From positions 18,042,001 through 18,106,000 of the forward strand of contig NC_047062.1 of NCBI RefSeq assembly GCF_902459465.1: 64,000 bases of DNA, written 5' to 3'. Position 1 is the stretch's first letter. Each line of letters opens with the position of its first letter. The position numbers and the translations under genes are program-made. Under the pieces are notes generated by a model. The model was not told where the DNA came from. It worked only from the letters and a program-made list of their open reading frames with translations, and did not search any database. Below, in pieces: positions 48,801 through 61,092 of the stretch. Origin of the DNA: Asterias rubens. Its lineage: Eukaryota.

Positions 48801-51713
48801 TCAAGGTACAGACAAAAATGTTTATACTTTGGTTATTCCATTTTCATCTTTCTCTATGGATTTCAGCCAATATTTCCAAAGGCCCTATCACAATGCTTTC
48901 CTGGAGAAAGTCTGTGTGAGTGACTCTTATAAAAGGCTTATCAGCGTCTTATTCTCTTAGACTGAACAAGTGAAGTAGTCCGTGTGTATTTTGAGGGAAA
49001 ATAGGGCATATCACCTCAAGATATTTTCCCACAATTTCTTCACAAGGTGGGTAACCGATGCTTGTGACCTTTTCCCGTGAAATTATTCTCTTGTCAAGAA
49101 GCACAGGGAAATTGGAACAACATCTTGAAACTTCATCCTGTGGCGAAGAAGCGACGCACTATTGAGAAGACGGCAACAATGGCCGTTTCTCTTCTTTGTG
49201 TTGTGACAGGAGGAGAAGGTGAATGAAACGGTTGTTGAGTGGATTGACTATAGACTCGCGCTTCTGCTTTATGCATAAATTCAATCGATTGTTTACAATG
49301 AGAGAAAATGGAGAGCGAATTCGATCAGGAACTCGGCGGTGAATGCGCCACAATGGAGAAGATTTTTGTTAAAAGGAAAAAACTCTGTTAAAAGGATGCA
49401 ATCGCAAAGATGTAATGATTTGGAAATTGGAAATGAAATTTGAAATCCGATTGAGCGTGGGCATATAATGCAAACCAAGATAGTACAGGCCAGATAGTTC
49501 ATGGAGGCAATTCCCTCCATACCCCTTGGTCATTGCCTTCCTGCCCTTTGGAATGCTCCATAAGAAATGTACAGTACATTTCCCCTCGTTCAGGTGCCCT
49601 TCACTGTGGAAAAACTGCCCTGCCCTTAACTGGTATCAGGTCTGATACCAGATTATTGACAGTGTGTTTGTTACACACATTGTTTTTGCATCAAGTATCT
49701 TTTATTCTACATGTAGGTGAACAAAGGTAGACTGGACCCAACAAGATTCTTTAAATTGATATGTCACATGTTGTTGAACAATTTAGACACTAGGTTGGTT
49801 TCAAATTTTAGCATCTTTTGACCATGCAAGTGTCCCCTAAACCTATGGAAATACTCAAAATTACATCAGTTTGTCAAAGTGTAGCTCTTTCACCATGGCT
49901 ATTAAGAAGTTGATCCTTTAGATTCATTTCTGTATAATCATCATCATGTGGCCCAGACACTGCAAATGTTGTTGTTTTTTGGCTAATTTTCTTAAATCTG
50001 GAAAAAAGGAAAAGAAACAAAAATATGATTTTGTTTTGGAGTGATAGATTCCATGTCAACATTGGACTCATTTGAAAATGCCAATTCAGGACACACATAG
50101 GGGCCTACTTGGTCTCTATATTGACCTTTTTAGTTGAGTTGAAGTAGGTCAAATCTTGGGCTGTTAGCGGCCACTATGGGCACTTTGGTGCAAGCCCCTC
50201 ACAGCTGCTATGGTCTCTAAAGGGTTCTGAAATCTATCGCAATAAGGTGTTTTCTTTTAGTGGAACTTCTTTCAAGCTTTTTTTTGTCATTATCAGATAT
50301 AGAATAGATCCATCTTCTATAATAATTTGTAAAACTTCTACACTATACACCCATCCCTTGGCAGCCATTTCTGCTTGTGTGATGCACAGGTCATTATTAA
50401 ATTATTGTCAGTTTCATTTTTTTTCTTTTTCTTTTCTTGACGTGTTCCTCCTCTCCCACCTTCTACTATCGGCTTGCAATATTCACAGTGCCGCTGAACC
50501 GAAGTCATGCTTGGAATTTTGGTCCTTATTAACAATGTGCAGTTAAGTAGGTTGGGTGTCAATTCATTACAGCGTCACAATGGAGCTATGACAGTCACTC
50601 CCGTGTCACTATTCGCACCCCCGGCCACATCCTCTACTCAGATTTCATCTCTTTATTCTCACTTCAACCCCCCCGGATCTTGAGCCCTCCAGGAGGGCCC
50701 TGTTTCACTTTACTCCGGAGAATTGCATGGCACACTTTGTTCAGTTCATGCCAGTTAAAGAAGTAGGACCTTCTCAAGCAGCCATACTTTTTGCTTGCTA
50801 CCAGAGTCCTGGGAATGAGAGCTACACATCCAATGTTTCCCTTTGTGTTTGTGGCCACCGTTATCAATACTGTTTATGTTATCGGTAAGTGGAACTTTCT
50901 CCATGTGTGTCTTTGGTGTAGCTTTTAAAAGCGTGAAGAGCTTGGCTTCTGTTACGCCGTCTCCATTATGAGTTCAAAGAAGTTGTCGCGCTGTTGACTT
51001 TAAAACGATTGAAATTTCATCCTAATTCAATTTTGAAATGCCTTAAAAAACTCTCCGATTCCGGGCTGGTTTGGTGTCACCATTTAGTGTAGCTTACGTC
51101 GCTGTACGGTCTTACTTTCACACCTCAACTTTTTTTCGGGACCCGGCACCGCGCGCCGTCGCGGTTGGCTTGATTGTAGAAACTTGTTTTCACTGGCCTA
51201 TTTTTTTTCCTTCACATTTTGGATCGTCTAAAATTGGCTAGAATTTCCATGTCTTATCTAATTAGATGGCCCGGAGCAGGATGGCGAGTGATTTATTTCC
51301 GCATCCTTCTTAATACGATTAGTAATACTCGGTGGTGTTGGTCTTATGGGGGGCTGAAGCTGGTACAGTGTCCACTATTAGAGACTCGGTGAGATGCTGC
51401 TAGTCTGAGATGGGACGTTGGTGAGTTAGAGTACCTCAAACCGTCATCTATCATCGTCATCCCTCTTTCATCATCTGCCTCCTCTTCCTCATCATCGAGC
51501 TGCAGAGCAGTCTGGAGACCAAGCTAGTGTTCTCTTCATCAAGATACTTTTGTTGATTTGACATCGGGCATCTTTAATTCCGATATTTGAAAAGGTCTGT
51601 TCACAGTGTAATGTTTTCATGTTGAGAGTTGTTTGACGAGTGTGGAGAAATGAAATACTGTTGCAGGCCTTGAACTTTGCTCTTGAAGGGGCATAGCAAT
51701 TTTCCTCTGAAAT

Positions 51714-51855
51714 GGGAGACTTTCTGGGACGATAGAGGGCAGCAGACTTACCGGGTAAATCCATTGTTCTCAGAATTATGCGCATGTTCAGAACCACGTA
51801 AACAATGGAAATTTACCCGGTATGTCTGCTGCCGCCTAGCGTTGGAAAGTCTCCT
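51714..51855. mobile_element. Short MITE, possibly ISL2EU-type (AT TSD)
   Basis: GGAGACTTTC..GGCAGCAGACTTACCGGGTAAAT / ATTTACCCGGTATGTCTGCTGCC..GAAAGTCTCC; AT on both flanks. Confidence 0.55.
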
Positions 51856-53193
51856 ATTGAGTAAAAGTGTAAACTTTTATTAGAACTTCACAGCAAAATC
51901 TAAGGAGGCCACGGCAGTTGTGGTGGGTGCTGTGAGTTATTTTGAGGCTTGCTGAAAAATGTTTTGATCGGACTTCAAGTATTCATTCATTTATTCATTC
52001 AGTGTGCTGGGACAGTCTTTTATAACACCATCTCATCTTTGAAACATGTCAATCTGGACAAATTTTGTTGAAACTTCTGCATAATAAATGAAAAAATTAT
52101 TATTGTTAAAAGGTGAGTTGTACATCGGCAGTTGCTGAAAGAGTGGCTGAAAGCATCTTTAAGTGGCTACAGTTAAGGGCAAGATTTACTGTGTCACCCC
52201 ACAGTCTGTATAAACTTCAATAGCACACAAAAACCACTCGATCTCACAGTTTACATGCGTATAATTTACTGTCAAACTTTCATGATGTTTTGTCAGTCGG
52301 CCAATTACTAAGCAGTCCGAGAAGAAGAATTGTCAGAGCTGCGCTCTATCGATCCAGTTGCCAATTATTTATTATTTAACAGTAAATCCAAGCGGCGTAT
52401 GGTTGAAGGATGAACGGAAGGATAAGAGCATTCTCTATCTGGTCATCAAATCTCTCCTCAATCGGAGATGCATGGCGTGACCCATAAATATTAATGGAAT
52501 TAACGTTATGTAAAAATGTCCATTAGTCTTCGTGACAGATGTGCCCTTGTTTTTGAGTTCCTCACAGGAGAAAGGCAACCGTCCTTAGCCACTCGCTGTA
52601 GCTGTGCATGCCGTCTACTCGGATTACGAATGTTGTGACTTCTGTACGCTGTGACTGTGTTTATGAACAATTTCCTTTAAACCAGTTTCAAATTTGTTTC
52701 ACTATTTCCACGATTTTGTACGTTTGAGATGAGTTGCGCAATTGTCTTTGCTTTTCTGTTGTCCTAATATATGCAAGTTCCTTATGTATGCAAATTTCTA
52801 AAATATGCAAATTTCTTATGTGTATGCAAATGTTTAACGTGTGCAAATTCAACCCGATGCAAATCCATTTAACCACCTTCTTAGATACATGTAGATACAT
52901 CATCAAGCAAACCGTCACTAGGGTACAGTACACAAGATCACTGGTCTTCTTGGTTCAATTAACGGTAGCGGCAACGAGAGCCAGTGATAAAGTGGTACTC
53001 CGTCTAACCCAATCAGTCTGCAAGAAGGATGCATTTCAACTTTCATCTCTCGCCGATGACAATAGATAGAGAGGGAGGCGGGACCTCCCCCATCTGGCCT
53101 GCATCCGTGACCCCATAATCGCATTCTGTCCTCATCTCACCTCAATATCTCCTCCTGACAGCTTCTATTTCTTTTCCCCTCTCTCATCTGCAG

Positions 53194-53361
53194 CTGGCAT
53201 CTAAGAAGGCAGGTATGCCCATCTTTGCTCCTAATCTTGGGTTGTTGGTGCCCAGTAAACCCAGTGAGAAGCAGCTGGAGAGGCCGGATGCCTTAGGGGG
53301 TCTGACCCAGGAGAGTCCGGAGGGAGAACAGGGAACCATCTTGGCCACCGGGACACCGTTG
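53194..53361 (+). CDS. AFTPH: Aftiphilin coding exon 4 (LASKKAGMPIFAPNLGLLVPSKP...GTPL)
   Basis: Long pyrimidine tract plus CAG; MPIFAPNLGLLVP corresponds to vertebrate VPMYAAGLGMLEP; donor TTG|GTAAGC, phase 0. Confidence 0.88.
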
Positions 53362-54963
53362 GTAAGCCATTTTTTGTTATTTGGGAATTAAGCCCACTTC
53401 ATACTTCCTGTAATTGCGAATGCGATACAAATTTCAATATAACATTTTTATTTAACATGCAATGTTTTGGAGGAGTTGAGCACAAGTCAACTGATGAGAA
53501 TTATTCATTGAAAATTTGTGACGTCAAAATTCATATCGCATTTGCAGAAAGTATTAACCAGGCTTTAGACTATGGTGAAGATGCCATTGTAATAATACTA
53601 CCAGGGCCCACTTTCATAGAGCTGCACACTAAGTAGCTAAGCACAACAAATCCTCACTAGCCCTTTATTATTATAAATCTATACAATGTTGTTCAGGTCG
53701 AGCTGGAAACTTGGTGTGGCTCAAATGCATACTTCAGTTGTGCAAATTTGTGGCGTCCGAAAGGGAGATTTTAAAACAAACTATTGCTATAAGCTTTTAA
53801 ACTCTGAACTTAATCTGTTTCAGTGATATTAATCTTTGCGTTGATGATTTTGTATTGTCTTTCTTAAATTGTTCTCACTCATCTTCTTTTTGTGTTAAGA
53901 AAAATAACTCCATTTTGCTTATTTAAAGTGTCTGTTTTGCACTAATAATGCCTTGCCCCAGTCAGATGGAAAGAGTTTCACTCTGCGATAGGAATTGAGA
54001 CAGAATTAGATATTCATTATAAATAGCATGTGACCCATTGGAGCATGCATTGGTGTTTATTTTGTAGCTCTACACCATGACTCCTTAGCATGTGTTATTA
54101 TCCATATGATGATTATCTGTAGATCCAACTTATTCCCGGTGTTGATATGAATTACTCATGTTATGCGCTGTATGTGAAATATTTCACCTTGTGGGCGGAA
54201 ATGTAAACCCTGGTCTTAATCGGTGTGAAGGCGTGATAATAATTACAATGTCTGGGAGGGAGGGGGGGGGGCTGGGGGAACAGGAGCGTTTCATACAGCC
54301 TATGAGCATACAAAACTTGCTAAGCGTAGGCAAATCATAATGAGCAAAAATAGGGTCCCAGGCAAAATGCCATGAAGTTGAATAGTTTATATTGCTGCGG
54401 CTGCTTCACAGGTAATTTGTTGCTTAACGCAGTATTCTGTTTATAAATTGTCTGTATAAAATTGATCCTGTAGAGTTGCTGATGTGCCTAACATAATGCT
54501 AAGCAATAATTTGCAAGCTGAAACTTTCAAGTGAACCTGTCAGAAAAAAAGTATCCTTCACAGGATATTTTGCCTGGTTACCTCAATTTTCTGGAGCTGC
54601 TACATGTATGCTGAAGATACTCTTAAATGTATACATGCCAATAGCATATTATAGCTCTTTTACATTATTGCTTAACACAATTTGCAATGTATCTTTATTT
54701 TCCATCTAGAATTAATGCATTTCAAATATCAAGCAGTTCAAATCGGCCATTTCTACCGCAAGCATTTTCTTAATGCACACTATGATTTGGCCTCTTTAAA
54801 AAAAAACGGTTCCCTATACCAGGCGTGGAATTGCCCCTGGTGCTGGCCTTGGTGCCCTTCAAAAGTTTCCCATTGACTTATAGATTTTCCAAAGGAAGTG
54901 CCCTTTGCAAAATGAAAATGGCCTTGCCCCTTGAACATGTTTAAAAATGATAATCCAGGCCTG

Positions 54964-55091
54964 CAGCTTATTTCACGAACCTTTACGCAACTGCGTAAGT
55001 CCACTTGCGCAACGTTTATGGCGTAGGTTGCGCCATAAACGTTGCGCAAGTGAACTTACGCAGTTGCGTAAAGTTTCATGAAATCGGGGGG
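54964..55091. mobile_element. Almost fully palindromic MITE derivative (54-bp arms) in an AFTPH intron
   Basis: 54970-55023 vs 55031-55084 are reverse-complementary with 3 mismatches; ends resemble the ATTTCA(T/C)GAA TIR family. Confidence 0.75.
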
Positions 55092-55499
55092 CACCTGTAC
55101 AGAGTGCATTTATCAGGAACTATCTATGAAAAGCTCATGCACACATTAGTCATATGAGTAAGTCAGGGAAGTATGTCAGGGAAGTATTCATAGTTCAGGG
55201 AAGTTTGTTGATTGACTAGTTTAGTGTGTTGAAGATACACTACACAGTTTTCCTAACATATGGGCAGACTTCCTACTAGACATGCACATTATTTATGATG
55301 AGCTCACAGACCATTGCACGCCAATGCACACCAAATGATTCAGAAATTTGTCAGTGTTAATTTGAGAGGAAGTTGTATTTGCAACTGTAGGTACTTTTAA
55401 AGTCAATGTACGATAGCTCTTTTTAGAGTAGAAACTGAATGCAAAAATGATTTACTGTGAAGATTCCAACTTTGCTAGTTAAAACAGGGCAAGGTTTAA

Positions 55500-55817
55500 G
55501 GGCACTGGACACCTTTGGTTATTGTCGAGGACCAGTATCTCACTTGGTTGTACCCCAACATATGCATTAAATAACAAACCTGTGAAATTTTGACTCAATT
55601 GGTGAATGAATTGCAAAATTGTAGTGTGCTTTCAGATGCCTGAAAGAGGCTTCAATCTTGAAGTCTTATATTGTTTGAGTGAAAAATTACCCCTTTCTCA
55701 AAATGTACATTACTACAGAGAGAGATATTTCTTGCAATCAGCTCTCCAATGCTTGTTACCCAATAAGTTTTTATGCTAATCATTATTTTGAGTAATCACC
55801 AACAGTGTGCAGTGTCT
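55500..55817 (+). mobile_element. Kolobok-like MITE
   Basis: TTAA 55496-55499, GGGCACTGGACACC TIR, body homologous to 127-510. Confidence 0.75.
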
Positions 55818-55937
55818 TTTATGGTGTTGAGATAGGGGAAACATCGGTTTGTTGATCGTCAGCGCACCGCATGTTACTTGTGTTTTTTTTAGTTTTAGCG
55901 TCATAGTCTGACAACCTTCTCCCATCCCTTCTTACAG

Positions 55938-55998
55938 GACGCAGTTCCTAAGGTTGAATTTGACTGGAGTAATAGTGGCCTGACTAACCCATTGGATG
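55938..55998 (+). CDS. AFTPH: Aftiphilin coding exon 5 (DAVPKVEFDWSNSGLTNPLD)
   Basis: FDWSNSGLTNPLD matches the conserved aftiphilin FDWSSSGLTNPLD; acceptor CCCTTCTTACAG; donor G|GTAAGT, phase 1. Confidence 0.95.
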
Positions 55999-57459
55999 GT
56001 AAGTGCTTGAAAGCCTAGATCCCCCCACCTCCTCAGATTAACAAAGGCTCGTAGCCTGGTATGTTAACATTGCCTGGCTTTAACCTTAGCATTCCTAACA
56101 CACGAGTTATCCCGCAGAGGTAACACACACATGACGTAACAAACGGTTTGCTTAGTAATAATGAACAAAAAGTAAGTTTTTTATTTTTATGAGCTGAATC
56201 GCTGTGATGTACTTAATGTCTCATCCAAATTGGTGGCTTCGGTCTATGGCTATGGCTGTTGTTAAGGGTGCTGCTAAGGAGTCCTATACTTCAATGCATG
56301 ATGACCTAGTGATCTAGCCATAGCCGTAGCCACCAGTTCGGACATGGCCTCAGCTGATGAGATTATTTCTTACGTTTTTTACACTGCTGAATGTATCCCT
56401 TTCATAATTGGAACTTCTTCCAAAATATGGCTTTGGTTTTTTGTTAATCATAAAGAAACTTAATGTGATGTAAGCTATAAGGAAAGCACAGTAACACCTA
56501 TCTATCTTTCTTCTTCTTGCAATCAAATGTTGCCATTACATTACCTGCTTTACATACTTGCTGGCCTGATGCTTCACTGAGGCAATGAAGGGAATAGACC
56601 TGTATCATGCCGCCACAATCTTAGTCATGTACCCAATAACAGTTATGAACATTAATATCCATCAAACTAAACAAAATATGGAACCAGACTACTTTTTTTC
56701 TTCCATCCTCAGTTTATACATTGTTTGGATTGGAGAAAGATGGCTGCACTGTGATACAGGTCTATTGCCTACATTGCCCCTAGTAGTCATTGCCTTGGTG
56801 CCCTTTGAAATGTTGCAGTAGAAATTAAAACTTTCCTCTTAGAGTTGTGTTTACTAAGGAAAAAACAACCAACAATGTCAGGCCTGTACTAAATAGTAAT
56901 ATTTTGTATTAAGTGAGGTTTTTCAATCTTCAAACCTAGCCAATAGGTTGTACACACAAAAAATAAACAAACAAAAATCAGTCAACAAAATAAGTAAGCA
57001 ACTTTGAGACTAGACTTTAATAACTCCAACTGATGTAATAAACATCCCAAAATATACACGCCTTCATTTTTCCTGGGTTAGTTGGCACAATCCAACCGCC
57101 AATGCATCACTGTTCATACGGTACTTCAAGTCTACTTGTTGTCTCCTAATATTAGCGGTTGTGATTGTTATTCAATTAAACCCCGGTCGGGTTATAGTCA
57201 ATTTCATTAGACCTGGGTTCTGCTTCATTTATGTGGCATCTAAACCTCATCCCAGTGGAGAATTTGCTCCATGTCTGTGGGCATTTCATCCGTGGCTATT
57301 TATGGTTAGAACAAGAGTCTTGTATTACCATTTAAGCAAAGACCCTTGGAGGCATAGGCAACAAATTGTTTGTGTTTGCGTAGTCGGTATCCATGGTTGA
57401 TCGGTATCCATGGTTGATGTACCAACCTCAAGAACCTATGTAGTGCATAATGGTATTAA

Positions 57460-57774
57460 AGCCATTGGACACTTTCGGAACAGAAACTAAATTAAAAGTT
57501 CACAGATTTACAAATAACTTACAGGGTTTACAGAAGGTAATGGTGAAGGCTTCTCTTGAAATATTATTCGATATCGAGAATTACGGATTTATTTTAAACA
57601 CATGTCATGACACGGCAAAACGTGCGGAAACAAGGGTGGGTTTCCGTTATTTTCTCCCGACTCCGATGATCGATTGAGCCTGAATTTTCACAGGTTTGTT
57701 ATTTTATACATAAGTTGTGATACATGAAGTGTGGGCCTTTGAACAATACTGTTTAACAAAAGTGTCCAATGGCT
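57460..57774. mobile_element. Kolobok-like MITE, AGCCATTGGACAC TIR subfamily
   Basis: TTAA 57456-57459 and 57775-57778; TIR AGCCATTGGACACTTT / AAAGTGTCCAATGGCT. Confidence 0.82.
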
Positions 57775-58658
57775 TTAAGTTATCCCCAACCCTGCAGAAC
57801 AAAATAAAATAAAAGTCATCTGATAAACAAACAATTTCACCATATGATACACATTATTGTTATCAATAAGTTCACACATTACATAAATACTGTACACTTT
57901 AGAAACAAAATTTATAAAATTTAATGGAAAAGAACTGAACAATGAAATAACCATAATGTGATATTTATCTTGGCTTGTAATTTCTCAATGCAAACTCGTG
58001 AACAAAAATGCACATGAGCTGAACCTTTCTGGAATGTTTGCTCCACCTTTTTATCACATTTTATGGCAAATTTTTGATAGTGATTTGTTGAGATTTGCGA
58101 AAAGGTGAAAGGGAAGTGGAATTCCGTTATTCTGATGAAACCCAGTGGTTTAAACTTCTGTGGAGTTCTTAACAATAAGACCAAATTGTACGTATAAAAT
58201 GGAAGTATTCAATTTGATTCTCACACATTTTCGTTATTGTGATCAAGTTACGATTTCTTTACAGGCACTTTGTTTTTTAAAGGTGTGGTGACTCAAAGCT
58301 AAGCTAACTGCAAGCTAACTATCTGAACTCAATTTTATAAAGCTGTCGGGCAGAACATATTGCTTAACAAATATTTGCATGGTGCCAGTTGTAACCAATG
58401 CACATGGCATGTGAATTTGGGTGGTAACCCGTTTATTGCCAAGCAAGAGAATTTGGGTGGTAACCCCTTTTTCTGCTAAGCAAGAGAATTTGGGTGGTAA
58501 CCGTTTTCTGCTATGCAAGAGAATTTGGGTGGTAACTCGTTTTCTGCTGTAAGCAGCTTTATGAGATTGAGCCATTCAATGCTATAAAAATAACAACTGA
58601 ATTGCACACTTAATGGCTGTTTCATCTGGGTATTTAACTTTGGTTCCTGCTTCCGCAG

Positions 58659-58742
58659 CCAATGGTCTGAATCTGGATATCTTTAGCAAGGAAGGAGGCA
58701 CCAGAGGGTACCATTCCAGTGCCAAATCTAAACATAAATCAG
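58659..58742 (+). CDS. AFTPH: Aftiphilin coding exon 6 (ANGLNLDIFSKEGGTRGYHSSAKSKHKS)
   Basis: Acceptor TTCCTGCTTCCGCAG, phase 1 (G+CC = Ala); LNLD.F matches vertebrate LLNLDFF; donor CAG|GTAACA, phase 1. Remaining exon(s) not found. Confidence 0.8.
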
Positions 58743-59473
58743 GTAACATTGTGCATGCCTCACTCACCACTCACTCACTTTCTCACCTCTGTGGACATCA
58801 TCCATCTTGTGCATAGTCCACCCCCCCCCCCTTCCGTGTTCTATGTTTGTTTGTCAAAGGAACTCTGCAAACCCTCAGACCTGGAATTACACACAGGTCA
58901 CATGGCCTCCGTTGCACCTGCAGCTGATTTCACGAAACGCTAGGATTAATCCAATCTAGAGTTAGGACGAGTAGGATGGGCTCAATGCATCCTACATCTT
59001 GGGATACGTAAATGAACTCGTCCTAAGTCCTAAGATTAATTCTAAGCTAGGAAGAGTTTGGCCACCGTTGCACTTGGTCTTGGCCTTGGTGCCCCTTTAA
59101 AAGTTTCCATTCGACTTTAAGATTTTTCCAATGGAAGTGCCCTTTGCAAAATGAAAATGGCCTTGCCCTTTCAAAGATGAAATACCATGCCTGAACTCCC
59201 ACAAGAGGATAAAAACACTCAGTTGGCAACAGCCAATCACTCTCATACAAACATTAGTTTAATGTCTATGATTATGAATAGCACAAATCAAGAAATTGTG
59301 ATTCAGTAACTCGATGACAATACTTGTGCTAGTCATTTTGGATGTAGTCATCGTAGTCAGCGGTTAGTACAACAGGATTCAAACCCTCAACCTTGTAGTT
59401 GCAAGTCCTGCAGTCTAACCACTTTGTGATTCTGAATACTGTTTTCACTAAAACCATAAAGGGATCAGACTAA

Positions 59474-59654
59474 AGGCCGAGTCACACTGCAGCGATAACG
59501 AAAACGATAACGATCCGACGCAAAGAGAACATATGCTATTGGTTGAAGAATGAGCCTGTGCGTATTTTGCGTGGATAAATTCAACCAATAGAATGCGTTC
59601 TCTTTGCTTAGTGATCGTGATCATTTTCGTTATCGCTGCAGTGTGACTCGGCCT
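59474..59654. mobile_element. Harbinger-like MITE with TAA TSD
   Basis: Perfect TIR AGGCCGAGTCACACTGCAGCGATAACGAAAA / TTTTCGTTATCGCTGCAGTGTGACTCGGCCT; TAA at 59471-59473 and 59655-59657. Confidence 0.85.
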
Positions 59655-60074
59655 TAAGTTGTTCCTCCAGCTTCAGTTTGGTTACTGCGATATGAATGTA
59701 AAGCTATTGTTAACTTAAAATCATGGATAAAAATATTCAATTTCTGATAGAATATCATTGTGGAGAAATTGTCAGAGTTGTTAGATGTCGATGTGTTATT
59801 GTTTCTTTCCTGTCTGAATCTACCCACTGTAGTCCCATATCATACTGGTCTGGTCTTGTTATCTCTAGCTTAATGCATCGTGCATGAAGTCAAACCAATC
59901 AAAGTTGTATGGATTTGCTGTTATGTATGCATCTACTGTTATTATTTATTCATGGTTTTTGCACTCTTGTGGATGCTGTTCAATTTGTCGTCTGATCATA
60001 GACCTTTCAAGTCTGTGTTTGGCTTGCCTTAGCCTGGTGATCTTCATATTGTGAACAAAAAAACACTATTTTTT

Positions 60075-60305
60075 AATACTCGAATGGGATTCGAATGCAC
60101 AACCTTCGCCATTCTAAAGCAGTGTCCTGCCAACTAGACCACCGAGGTTGCTCGGTAGCTAGAGATTAGTTAATACTGTAGATGTTAAATTTGCTCAAGG
60201 ATAAAGAATATCATTAGCTCTTTAAATACACTGAAAAAAATACACTGAAAATAATCAGTGCATTTGTAAAACTAAATAATATTTTTCATCTCCGATGTGA
60301 ATACC
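60075..60305 (-). mobile_element. tRNA-derived SINE-like repeat, same family as 5699-6070
   Basis: Reverse complement reads ..TTTATCCTTGAGCAAATTTAACATCTA..CTAGCTACCGAGCAACCTCGG TGGTCTAGTTGG..TTCGAATCCCATTCGAGTA. Confidence 0.65.
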
Positions 60306-60774
60306 ACAATATTAAAGATACAATAAGGATTTGCAGGGCACAAAGCTGAGTCATGTTGATTCAGTCTTACTCTGCCTGTCTGGATTCGTTGTTACTGTCC
60401 AGAGGGTCTTGTTTGTTCTACTACAGTTATTGCACAAAGTACTTCACAAAGCCTGCATTTAAGTCCCTGCCTATCCAACATGGCTTAGTTATTACAGAAT
60501 AGTCACTTTAGAGAGGGAGGGGGTGTAGTTGTGTAGAACCCCCCCCTCCTTCGCATCAAACAGCTTGGGTTCTCCTGAGCACGTGTTCAGCTCATAGCAT
60601 TAGATCTAGCCTTGTGTTTCGGACATATGACAATCTGTGTTAATTTTTTGGAACACCCCGATACTTGTAGAAAATAGCTCGAGTACGTTTAGGAAGTGTC
60701 TGAGATGAATGTTTTTTGGGCTGTGATTTTGGCTGTGGGCTCCATTGCAAATGTGAAGTGTACCGGTAGTTATA

Positions 60775-61092
60775 TAATAGTAATAATCATAGTAATGGCT
60801 TCTAATATAGCGCACATGTCCGTCACTCAGTGATACTCCTGGCGCTGTAACATACAGTTTTTCCTGCAAGATGTGGGACTACATTTGTATTATGAGACCT
60901 AATGCTGATAGCACCATGTAATGTTTTACAAGGTGCTGTGGCGCACATGTCCGTCACTCAGTGACGCTCCTGGCACTGTAACATACATTATTTCCTGCAA
61001 GATGTGGGACTACGTTTGTATTATATGAGACCTAATGCTGATAGCACCATGTAATGTTTTACAAGGTGCTGTGGCGCAATTTGCTGCTGATC
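60775..61092 (-). mobile_element. L2-tailed repeat (SINE or LINE 3' end), internally duplicated (131-bp period)
   Basis: Minus strand ends GTGCGCTATATTAGAAGCCATTAC(TAT)n-like, an L2-type tail; GCGCACATGTCCGTCACTCAG at 60810 and 60941. Confidence 0.6.

Noticed and set aside
59370-59430. tRNA-like sequences (also 3625, 5905, 31665, 48500, 60085)
   Set aside because: A/B boxes are present but the acceptor stems are broken and followed by repeat bodies; these are SINE heads, not tRNA genes.
60427-60488. Possible terminal AFTPH exon (VIAQSTSQSLHLSPCLSNMA*) after CTACTACAG; a similar candidate at ~61975
   Set aside because: No resemblance to the conserved aftiphilin end (LPDLxFM-type motif); the true last exons probably lie beyond the window.
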